From Saprolegnia diclina VS20 (Eukaryota), in NCBI RefSeq assembly GCF_000281045.1, contig NW_008246174.1:65042-98135 (forward strand): a stretch of DNA of 33,094 nucleotides, in the 5' to 3' direction. Made by a program: the position numbers and the translations under genes. This document shows, in pieces, positions 13,062 through 23,653 of the stretch (its first letter is position 1; each line of letters opens with the position of its first letter). Under the pieces are notes generated by a model, which saw only the letters and a list, made by a program, of their open reading frames with translations, was not told where the DNA came from and made no database searches.

Positions 13062-13078
13062 GCAAATTTGAAAATGAA
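13062..13078 (-). promoter_or_regulatory. Oomycete INR+FPR core promoter of paralogue A
   Basis: The minus strand reads TTCATTTTCAAATTTGC, matching INR YCAYTYY plus FPR MWTTTNC, 16 nt upstream of the ATG. Confidence 0.75.
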
Positions 13079-14377
13079 GTTGCCTCCTGCACTGGCACTT
13101 CACTGGCCGAGACAGAACCCAGCCGGCGTAGACAGGCAATGCGATGCCACCCAAATATGCGTGGATGCTCAAGAGAGTAGCCTTTGCCTCAGACGCAGCC
13201 AGATTCGCTCCCGTTGCGCATCACGTCACGGGTCGCAAATACTAGCTAGAGTCAGAAAAGTGTAGTTGCTGGGTTGTAAAACCAAGGGAATAATGCAACT
13301 CCCTTGAAAAAGCAGACCGTCTTTATTGGAAGCTCCTCTGGGTACGTGCGTCGGTTGTGAGGAATTCTTGCTCTTCGATCTCTACATACCTTTGCCGTAC
13401 CCCGTGGTCAAAGAAAATACGCGTATTTTATAAAAGTCCTGCTTCTAGGAGCGTTGGGATACTGTCGTCACGCCTGGTTTGGGTGGCGGCCAACGTCGCA
13501 TCGCACGATCGGAACTGCGAGAAGGCGCCGCGCATTTTCCTCGAGATGCGCACGCCGACAGAGTGGACTATAGTGACCACAGGTACGTATTTATGCGTCA
13601 CGCGAGATTTGCCTAACTCGCGTTGGGATTTTCCAGTGTCATACGTGGCACAGTCTGCGCGTCTGGCTTGGACGTTGATCTGATTCGGGTACCAGCTGCT
13701 TGAAGGCGCCAGCTGGACCAGAAAGACGTCTTCAGGTTGCAGCTGGTGCGTGTGACGAGGCTCCAAGACGGCACTGGACCGAATCTGGAGGCGACGATGA
13801 ATCTTGCAGCGTAAGTTCCATCCTCACGCAAGTCTAGTAATGCACTAGCACATGAACGAGACACTTCTCACAACAAACGAATCTTGCAGTGTGGTATCGC
13901 TTTTCATCAACCATGATGACGATATGAGTTACTTCCAACGCGCCTGGCGTCGCTATTTGTACTCTTCACGAGTAAGGTCGGATTAGCCGTTCGCAATCAG
14001 CCGACTTCGCATTGATCTCGCGGCAGCATCATCTCTAAAAGCTACTTGGTTGTGTGCGTAAACGCTCGGAGATTCGGTCTCTGAGGCGTCTGAGTTTTGG
14101 AGACTCAACTACATACACGACTCTGGGGAAGATTCATTTCCGATCCTGGCTACAAGAAGAGAATCCTCGGCATAAGCCTTGCAGAAGTCCACCTTTGACG
14201 CCAAGCGGACGCCATCAGTGCCACTCCATTTTCGCACGTGCTGAAAACACGCAACTTTAACACCTAATTTGAGCAATACTCGCCCAGTACCATTTTCTTT
14301 GCGTGAGTGCCCAAGAGCACTGCTCGTCAATGTTCAACACTACATGTATGTATTTACTGTCATTCCGCGAGCTACAA

Positions 14378-15731
14378 TTAGTTGGCAGCAGTCGAGTTGC
14401 GTTCAAACAGCTTGTACTGCTGGTACGTGTTGGCCGCTTGATGAAAGTACTGCCACGTTGATATGGTTTCGACGCCACCCGAGACCTTCCAGTCGATGAC
14501 TCGAGCGCGGCGCGAGTAGCTGCCCTTGCCGTACGCCGCACCTACATCATGCCAAAATGAGCTCCGCAATCACAGAGCAAGCAGCCAACCGTAGCCCGCT
14601 GAACCGCCGTAGCAGAGGTGGAGGGGGCTCTTGTAAAAGCAGAAGTCGTTAAAGTGATCATGGCCACAGAATGACGCCTTGACATCGCCCATCTCGACCA
14701 TCGTGTCGAAGAGGTGGCTGTTGGTCTTGGCCGCGCTCACGGGGTCGCCGCGGCCGCCCTGGCCCGTGCCGTTGAACGCCTTGTACTCTTCGATAGGAAA
14801 ATGAAAAAACATGAGTGCCGGCGCCTTCTCGCTCTTGTGGGCAGCGGCGAGCGACTTCATGTGCGTATTTTGCGCCTCGGTGACGGTACCGTCACGGCCC
14901 GTGTCCATGAAGTACATGCGCAGAGCCGTCGCGTTGGTCGTCGGCGACTGGACAGCGACTTCGTAGTTGCCAGCGCCGCCAATGTTGAACGGACCGTACT
15001 TGGCGTACGAGTTTTTGACCGTCTCGATGTACGCCATCATGATCTTCTTGTTGGCAAAGAGTTGCTAGACGAGATTTTGATATGAGAGTATCGCAAAAGG
15101 ACTTGGTAGTACCGGCGCCAAACTGTCGTCGTGGTTGCCAAAGACCATGGACCACGGGATCTTGCGCTTGTTGACCTCGGCCGAGTACGTGTCGATGGCC
15201 GCAAGCGAGTTCTTCCACGACTAGACGCACGCAAATGATTGACACGTTTGGACGGGAAGACTGCACCATGGGCCAAATCAACGACTCGATCTGGTCGCCA
15301 GAGAAGACGACGTAGTCGGGCTTGACGTCGTCGAGCATCTTGGCCGTCATTTGCGTCATGTACTTTTCGACGCAAATCTAGCCGCACCAATAAGATCTCT
15401 TCGCGAACAAAAGGCGCAGTACCTTTTTCATCGAGTCAGGCTTGTGATCGCAAAGGTACAAGGCAAAGTTGGTGTAGTGCAAGTCCGGGATCTGCAGCAC
15501 GCGGTAGCTTGCGCTCGACCCGTTTTCGTGCACCACGAGCAGCGGGCGCTGGATCGTAGCGCTCTGTGCGAGCGAGTCTTTGACGTACTTGTCAATGTGC
15601 TCGTTGACAGCCTTGATCTCGCCGGCTTTGAAGAGCTTCTCGATGAACGCAGTAAACTCTTGGATCGTGAGCCCCGTGGCCGAGTGGGCCGCAAGCGCCA
15701 GCACAGCAGCAACCGAGAGAGCGCTCCGCAT
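14378..15731 (-). CDS. Secreted Dcr2/PAP14-type metallophosphoesterase (paralogue B), 4 introns
   Basis: Signal-peptide-like MRSALSVAAVLALAAHSATG. Motifs PDLHY, FSGDQ, VFGNHD, FFHFP and CGHDHFNDF. Ends ...ERNSTAAN* at 14378. Confidence 0.9.
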
Positions 15732-15737
15732 CTCGAG

Positions 15738-15754
15738 GTAAATCGAAGACTGAA
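15738..15754 (-). promoter_or_regulatory. INR+FPR-like core promoter of paralogue B
   Basis: The minus strand reads TTCAGTCTTCGATTTAC immediately upstream of the ATG at 15731; a variant match. Confidence 0.5.
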
Positions 15755-16192
15755 GACCAAATGCCAAGGCGCTGGGTTCTGCAAACAGGCTCGAAAATGC
15801 TCGTGGGGAATCTTAGCCCCTCAAACATCTGAATGCCAATAGGGCAGAATGGTCCAACAGTTGAGGTCTGCTTGGATAAATGGCTACTGCTTGAAGAAGA
15901 TCAGCTCGCTTTGGCAGATTCAAGTCCAAGTGCGCTGCTTCCGTCAAAGGCGAGGTGGTACCCGATATCCAGCGCCGCAAACACTGGATAGTTGGATGGC
16001 GGATAGACAGGCGCAATGCTTTAAGCGACTCGTGCTGCACGCCGTGGGATCATTGAATCGAATAATACACTGCACAGTTCCTCTTCACTTCCCTGTCGTT
16101 GGTCGTACTTGCAGAAACAGTGTATTGCAAACAGAATATAGAGCGATGAAAACGGCATCGGTTTCACTGCTAAAACTAAACCTTCGGGCGCG

Positions 16193-18418
16193 ATGAGCCA
16201 GCTCGCGCTGCGGGCGCAGAATGACTACATCTTCAACCTCCAAGTTCAGATGGACAAGTACGCGCGCCTCATTAGCTCTGTGAACGTTCGCATCAAGTCG
16301 CTCGAAGACGAGTACAAGACGGTGCAGCAAAAGGTCGCACAGCTTCGCCTCAAGCGGTACCGCGACTGTGTTTTCACAAGCTGCATCAATAATGAGATTG
16401 CAGAAACGAAGGCGACCAGCGCGGCGGAGGCATCAACGCTGTCAAGTCCATGATCATGTGCGAAAACCGAGAGGTTGGGAAGCTCGAGAACCGCCTCGCG
16501 GCCTGTCGAACGCGGTAGCTCACTGCTTTTGCTTGCGTTTCGCATATCTGAGTTCTTATTGGCGCTAGTGAGAGCAAGCTCGTGGCGACCAACACGGAGC
16601 TCAAAAAGAAAATTGATGCCCTCCGCGCCAATCGACTCTTTAGCCAAACCGTGTTCGAAAAGGTTTGATCCTCCTGCACTGAGTACGACTTAATAATACG
16701 TACTGTGATAGAACCAAAAACGACTTCGCGACATTCAGCGCCAAATGCAAGAGACGTTCAAGGTCTCGACGGCCATCATGGGCGAGCGTGACAAGGTACA
16801 TGGAGCTCCCTACTGCGATACGTATCGACGGCCGTAGGTCATCGCCCAAGCGCACTCGCTCGCAAGTGTCAACATGGAAGAGCAAGAAGCCTTTGACGAT
16901 ATTTACCAAAACCTGGCTATGATCATCGCCCGCGAAAAAGAGTCGGCCGGTCCACTCCTTCTCGAATCCCCAATTTTGACTGAAAGTTGGTGGTTAGATT
17001 CGTTCCGGAAGGAGGCCCTCAAGTCCGAGACACTCGAGACACACGATGAAAACTACGTACGTGGCAACTACCGCATCGAAGAGGAGGCCGAAATGAAGCT
17101 CACACTGCACAAACTGGATGTGGCGGTGCGTTTTTAGCTGGAGGAGCCGCCGCATATTTATCTTTTGTGTACTAGCTTCGGGAAGACAAGACTGCGATTG
17201 AGGTCGTCAGTGAACGCCTCAAGCTGCACGAGTCGACGTTCAAGCAGATCATGGTACGTTGTATTGTCTCTACCTACCATTGTGCTACAATATGTGTGTA
17301 GAAGCACACGGGCTGCGACGACTACCACAAGTTGGTCGACATTTATACCAAAAAAGAAGAGGAAAATTTCGCTCTCTTTCGCTACGTGCAGGTATCGCTG
17401 CTCCATCAACAAAATTTGTGTGATTGAGGAATTTGAACTAGAATATCAACAATGAAAGCGAGCAGCTCGAAGAGCAAACCGCAGCGTTGCAGCGCGAGCA
17501 GCAGCGGTAAATCACCGAAATCGGTGCCACTCGAGTGCTATGCCAATCATTTAGCTATGCGGACGAACTCAAGGAAGGCAGCGCCAACATGCGCAAGCGG
17601 CTCATCGACAGCTTGGAAGAAACCCGTCAAAAGTGGGTGAAAAATGATTTTTGCACTGTTTCTTCACCAATGTACAGAATTCTCAAGGAAAACGTCGAAT
17701 ACGAGCGTCTGCGCCAAAATGCCCAGCGCGAGTTTGGGCCGATCGCGCGCGCTGTCGACAAGCTCTACAACTCGCTTGGCTGCAACGAAATGGCGCCGGT
17801 AGTACACGGCTCAACCTCGTTAGGCGAATGACAAACGCTATTTCTATAGCCATCCGCCAACTCAGTCAACGCGGTCTCGGGCAAAAACGACGACCAGAAT
17901 GCCATGGCGGTACAGTGCAGGACAAAATCGACGAGTCCAATACCCTTGCCATCGACTAGATTCGCATGAGCTCGATGAACGACTTGTTGGCGGCCCACGG
18001 GATCACCGAAGGCAACATTCTCCAATTTCTTGCGGTACAAGGACCGAGCCAAATCTTTTTTCAAATTGCGTGCGATTAGATCATTGAACAACGGAGCAAC
18101 GACTTGCTGGAGCAATTTACCCGCCGCCTGCAGCACAAGAACCCGCAAAACCTCGCCACGACGTCGCTCGGGGCGCACTTGCAGCCGAGCGACCCGAACC
18201 GCGCCAACGGCTTGCACCTCAATTTCAATCTCAACCAGGCGCCGCCGCACTTGATCGAGGGCAATTCCGAATTTGAGAACAACAGCGACGAGGACGACGG
18301 CCTCGTGCCCGTCTCTACCAGCGACCTACAACGCAAGGCCGCCAAGAGCCTCTCGGGCCAGATGCAGGTCAACACCAAGTTTTCGCCCGGCAAAAACAAA
18401 AACAAGAAGCGCAAATAG
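16193..18418 (+). CDS. Outer dynein arm docking complex subunit 2-like coiled-coil protein (ODA1/DC2, CCDC114/CCDC63 family), multi-exon
   Basis: The spliced translation contains the family-typical segments GGINAVKS...GKLENRL, NTELKKKIDALR and KHTGCDDYHKLVDIYTKKEEENFALFRYVQ, then HGITEGNILQFL and an acidic/basic tail ending KNKNKKRK* at 18418. Confidence 0.8.
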
Positions 18419-19060
18419 CGCGTTCATAGCATGTTGCTAATACACTGCAGAATTCCTACGTGCCGTTGAGCCGTTGAGCTGCGCTTGGGGCAAAGGACAC
18501 ATGGGAGGGACATGCGCCGGAGCAAAAACACACGTACCGGTATCATACAGTAGCGCAACGCCCGACGTCTGATAACAGAATGCGCGACTCAGATGCGGGA
18601 ACGATGCGGGACACCCCCTTGTTTTTCACACTGCGTCAGATTCTGCACCAGAAATCGAGCATCGTCAATCTCCAATATCATATTCCTAGCAGTGCTAGAG
18701 AATCAGTCCAGGTTGAAGCGAGAACGGGACCCGAATCTTGCAAAGCAAAAAGCCGCGGTACTGTCTTGGGTCAGTGCAAAGCCAGGCCATTTCAAGCCCT
18801 TCCGCGACCATGTGTCTCAAGACCTGATGGGTGGGACTCATATGGTCCTTGGTAGCAGACATCCCACCGTCAGCCTTGCGTCGGTCCTTTCCTCACATCT
18901 GGTCGAGTTGGCTCTGCATTTGACCAGTTCTGATAGACAAGATGCAGATATTGCGACACTTGGAAATGAGCCTCGGCTCTGGAAGGCGTAAAGGTACCGG
19001 TACATGGTGAACGATGAGAGGCTATGGTGCTTGCTGCATTCCAGAAAGGCTGCCACTTTT

Positions 19061-19133
19061 TCTTATTGATTCTACTAATACCTTATTGATTCGACTAGTA
19101 TCTTATTTGATTCTAGTAGTATCTTATTGATTC
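19061..19133 (+). repeat. AT-rich minisatellite, about 3.6 copies of a 20-21 bp unit (TCTTATTGATTCTACTAGTA-like)
   Basis: tcttattgattctactaata / ccttattgattcgactagta / tcttatttgattctagtagta / tcttattgattc. Confidence 0.9.
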
Positions 19134-19393
19134 CATCTTGTTGTTTTCATGAGCGATGGCGTATCGAGGCCGAGGTTGCCACGGGGTTGCCCGCTATAAA
19201 ATAACTCGTTTCTATTGTCGCCACATCGTGTGCCTCGGAAGTCTTCGATCAGACTGCTTGGGTGCGCCTGGAGCAGCTACTTGTTGAGGAGAAGCGTTTG
19301 GCGTATGTGCAAACGAAGCGCTTGCATACGTAGACCCGTCCCACTGCGTATCTCGAGCAAGATTCATGCCGCGGAATCTCTCCAAATCGCCGC

Positions 19394-19408
19394 CCATTTT
19401 CTGTTTAT
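19394..19408 (+). promoter_or_regulatory. INR-like core promoter of paralogue C
   Basis: CCATTTTCTGTTTAT just upstream of the ATG at 19413; INR match with a weak FPR. Confidence 0.4.
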
Positions 19409-19412
19409 AAGT

Positions 19413-20798
19413 ATGCGCATCCTCCTCGTACTGCTAGCGTTGGTGGTAGCCACCAGCGCGTTCGACTTTAATGTTCTCCAAGACAAGGTCCTCGCTCTCT
19501 TGCGCAAGGCCGAGCACGCGACGCTCGACCCGATCATCGACGCCGCTGTCAAAGACGCGCTAGCGGAGACTGCCAAGATCCAGCGACCGGCGCTGCTGGC
19601 CAAGCCCCATAGCGACGGCTCGCTGCGCTTTCGCATTCTTCAAATTCCCGATCTGCACTATACAAATCTCGCGCTCTATCCGTGCGACCACAAACCCGAT
19701 ACCATGCTAGGGGTAGGGACACTCGCATGTCACAATCATTGATGTGATTTGACTAGCTCTGCGTCGAGGCCTACATGACAACTATGGTCAGCAAGATGCT
19801 CGACGATGTCAAGCCCGACTTCGTCGTCTTCACGGGCGACCAACTGGAAGCGCTCCATTTTCCGCAGGTACGATGAAGCTGGGTGTTTCTAGTCTCAATG
19901 CCACCCACTGTGCAGACGTGGCTCGGGTCGCTCGCGGCCATCAACACGTACGCCGCCGAAGTCGAGAAGCGCAAGATTCCGTGGGCGATGGTATTTGGCA
20001 ACCACGACGAAAACGTGGATCCGGTATCAAATTTCGCTCCTTGACATCCTGTTGCGATACTCCATTTGTAGTACCTCTTTGCCAACAAGCACGTCATGAT
20101 GGCCTACATCGAGTCGCTGCCGCACTCGTACGCCAAGTTTGGACCGTATGGCATTGGCGGAGCCGGCAACTACGAGCTCCGTGTCGCCGCGGGTGGCGCG
20201 TCACTGCACTTGTATTTTCTTGACACGGGCAAGGACGGGACAGTCTCAGCTGGCCAAAAGGCGCTTCTGCGGTCGTTTGCAGCGTCTCATGCGCCCGAGA
20301 AAGCCCCTGCGCTGGCTTTTTATCACATTCCAGTGCAAGAGTACAACGACTTCAACGGCACTGGCCAAGGATCGAAAGGTGAAGCTGTCAGCTCCGGCGT
20401 CATGAACACGGGGCTCTTCGACACGATGGTTCAGAGTAGGATTCTACCATCACTGCACACATGCAGAGTGGCGCTGTGTAGTGGGCGACGTCAAGGCCTC
20501 GTTTTGCGGCCATGATCACTTCAATGACTACTGCTTTCTTCGCGGGACGGTGCACCTCTGCTACGGCGGCGGTGTCGGCTATGGTGGGGCGCTTGACTAA
20601 TTTTGTCGACTATCGAAGCGCTTAGGAGCGGCGTACGCCAAGGGCGACCACCCGCGCACGGCTCGCGTGATCGAATGGAGCGTCTCGCCCAAGAACGAGT
20701 CGAATCACCACTTGGCTCTACAAGCACAACACCAAAAACACCGACGACAAGTACTTGGTCTACCAGCGCGACGCCCGCACTGTTTAAGCCAGCCATAA
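19413..20798 (+). CDS. Secreted Dcr2/PAP14-type metallophosphoesterase (paralogue C), 5 introns, apparent +1 frameshift in the last exon
   Basis: Signal-peptide-like MRILLVLLALVVATSA. Motifs PDLHY, FTGDQ, VFGNHD, FYHIP and CGHDHFND. An extra A at 20703-20704 shifts the last exon: the homologous frame stops at 20787, the as-written frame at 20798. Confidence 0.85.
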
Positions 20799-21176
20799 CA
20801 GCACGTCACTTTGACATGATTTGATGTATCAGAGCGTCATGTGCTCGTGCAGTTGAAGGGACAAGGTTGTCTTTAGCACATTGCTACTACCGGCGTGGTG
20901 GTGGCTTTACCGAGCAAAAGCGCTAAAGTTGGAGCCAATCATTTACGTAGTTGCTGCGCTTTGCGGGACACACTGTACTCTACTTTCGATGGTGCCGGCG
21001 CCGTACTACATGTACTGTTGTAGTATACCGTTGCTACAAAAGTATATTCTACTGGACTCGACTAAGGACTACCAAGTTGATGGATGGCACACTATAGTTT
21101 ATATTGTGGTCCGTATTTAAAAAAAACGATGCATTTCATGATTAGAAAAGACTGGCGCGTGCGCGACGCAAAACGA

Positions 21177-22519
21177 TTACTGAGGCGCGGTGCGCTGAAA
21201 GAGTCCGTACTGCTGGTACGAGTTGGTCGCTTCGTGGAAATACTGCCACGTCGAGATACTCTCGACGCCACCCGAGACCTTCCAGTCGATGACGCGCACG
21301 CGGCGCGAGTAGCTGCCCTTGCCGTATGCCGCGCCTAGCCATGGATCGATCGGTATGTCGAGCTGCGACTGTTCAACGTACCGTAGCCGGTTGCGCCGCC
21401 ATAGCAGAGGTGGAGGGGGCTCTTGTAAAAGCAAAAGTCATTGTAGTGGTCGTGGCCGCAGAACGATGCCTTGACATCGCCCATCTCGACCATCGTGTCG
21501 AAGAGGTGGCTGTTGGTCTTGGCCGCGCTTACGGGGTCGCCGCGACCGCCCTGGCCCGTGCCGTTGAACGCCTTGTACTCTTCGATCGGGATGTGGAAGA
21601 ACATGAGTGCCGGTGCCTTCTCGCTCTTGTGGGCAGCGGCGAGCGACTTCATGTGGGTCTTCTGACCCTCCGAGACCGTCCCGTCCTTGCCTGTATCCAA
21701 GAAGTACATGCGCAGAGCCGTCGCGTTGGTCGTCGGCGACTGGACGGCGACATCGTAGTTGCCGACACCACCAATGTCTGTTGGTCCATACTTGGCGTAC
21801 GAGTATGGAAGCGACTCGATGTAGGCCATCATGACCTTTTTGTTGGAGAGCAGCGCCTAGGAATATACATCATTTAGGGTTCGGGTCTGTATAAAAGACA
21901 AAGAACCGGCGTGTAGCTCTCGTCGTGGTTGCCAAAAACCATGGCCCAAGGGATCTTGCGCGTATTCACGGCCGCCGAGTACGTGTCGATGGCTTTGAGT
22001 GCGTTGGTCGACGACTAAAATAGTGAAAAATCATGCCAAAAGGATTTTGAACGTGGCGATACCATGGGCCAGATGAGCGACTCAATTTGGTCGCCGGTAA
22101 ACACGACAAAGTCGGGCTTGACGCTGTCGAGCATCGTGTTCATCATTTCTGTCATGTGCTTTTCATAGCAGGCCTAGTCATATTCCAAAATAAATCATCA
22201 GGTTTGGTGCGAACCGGCACCGTACGCCCTTGTGCGAGTCGGGCTTTCCGTTGCAAATGTAGTAGTCGTAGTTGGTGTAGTGCATGTCGGGCACTTGGAG
22301 CACACGGTACGCGAGGTCCTTGCCGACTTGGCGAACGCTCAGCGGCGGGCGCGTGATCTTGGCCGACTCGAGAAGCGAGGCGCGCACGTGCTCATCGATC
22401 ACGACCTCAACGCCGTCCTCATCGCCGGCCTCAAGGCGGCTGTTGACGTCGTCCGCGAGCGAATCAATGTCAATGGCGGCGGCGATGGCCAGCGAGGACA
22501 ACAGCAGTGCAAAGCGCAT
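21177..22519 (-). CDS. Secreted Dcr2/PAP14-type metallophosphoesterase (paralogue D), 4 introns
   Basis: Signal-peptide-like MRFALLLSSLAIAAA. Motifs PDMHY, FTGDQ, VFGNHD, FFHIP and CGHDHYNDF. Ends ...FQRTAPQ* at 21177. Confidence 0.9.
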
Positions 22520-22523
22520 TATG

Positions 22524-22540
22524 GAGAATTTGAAAGTGAA
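22524..22540 (-). promoter_or_regulatory. INR+FPR core promoter of paralogue D
   Basis: The minus strand reads TTCACTTTCAAATTCTC a few nt upstream of the ATG at 22519. Confidence 0.6.
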
Positions 22541-23633
22541 AATGGAAGCACTAAGCTTCGTTTTGCCCGACTACATCTGATATACGGCTGCTTCAATGCC
22601 TCTGATTTGAGCAGCGAATCTCGCAGAAATACGCCATTGACGCCTTTATGTCTTGAATCTTCTTGCATTTCGTTTCGCATACTGTGCATACGCATACATC
22701 GTCTACTCGACTAGACTAGTCGTTGGGTTGAAAATAGATTGAAATCAAACTCTTCTCAGTAGTGCACTGATTTTTGAGTCTTGAAGATTCAAAAATACAA
22801 TGAACGACACTCGTCTTGATCATGTACCACCGAGAACGGTTCGAGACGCGTCGACTTTGGACATTCAGATTCAATTTTAAGGGTCCAGGCCCAACCTGCT
22901 GTTTGAAATGTCTGCAGGAAGCGTCTGGCGGGACGCAGCGTCGTCCAATAAAGAGTGGAACGAATACGCTAGGCTCGTCGCGCTGATTCAGTCACCCGTT
23001 TCGTGCGCCACCCAATACTGTACAAACTTGTGAAAACAATTCTTCGACTTGGTGGGATTCGAGCTCTCGACACGCTCGATCCGACAGTTGCTTGCGACGG
23101 CGTGTATACGCAAGCCATTTGCCGTGCCGTGGTCTTCACGAGTGATCATCTCTTTGGGTGCTTCTACGCGTTGCGAGTCGTCCAATCACAGCAAAATACG
23201 AGCAGTGCCATTTACTTAGGTGACGACTTGACGCTGCAGAGGCGGTGCGTCATATCAGAGCTCAATGAAATCTAGTGCAAGGAAAGACTGCCGTAGTATC
23301 CTGCACCCTAGTGCCCATGGCTCGTCGTGGCACCGCAACCGCAGAAAATGGTCGGCCGACACGATCCGGATGTCCCCAGATGGCACGGCAGAAACAGTGG
23401 ACGCGCCGCATGTTTTTCAGGATCGCGCTCCAGAGTGGGCGGTCGATGGCCCCACGGTGGTACGGGATGCTTGAATCAGGAAGGCGGTAATACCGGGCGA
23501 CATCCACTGCCGTCCATCGTCACGGTTGACCCAACACAGCTCTTGCAGCCGCGCAGCTATTGCGAGCTCGTCATGCTTGTCTAATTCCATACGGTTTTGC
23601 GGACGAACCCAAAATACAGTGTCGATACACGTT

Positions 23634-23648
23634 CTCATTTTTCAATCG
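23634..23648 (+). promoter_or_regulatory. INR(+FPR)-like core promoter of paralogue E
   Basis: CTCATTTTTCAATCG just upstream of the ATG at 23654. Confidence 0.5.
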
Positions 23649-23653
23649 GACCC

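Noticed and set aside
13725..13760. Minus-strand PRHTHQLQPEDV resembles the pogo/DDE_1 transposase motif THxLQPLDV
   Set aside because: The flanking translation has no other DDE motifs, and no terminal inverted repeats were seen. It may be a relic, but is not supportable.
18580..19056. ORFs of 72-132 aa between the ODA-DC2-like gene and paralogue C
   Set aside because: No recognisable motifs, convincing codon bias or splice structure.
19061..19133. Repeat considered as a CRISPR-like array
   Set aside because: The units are contiguous with no unique spacers, there are no cas genes, and the context is eukaryotic.
22900..23590. Short overlapping ORFs between divergent paralogues D and E
   Set aside because: No recognisable homology; possibly decayed sequence, but not assignable.
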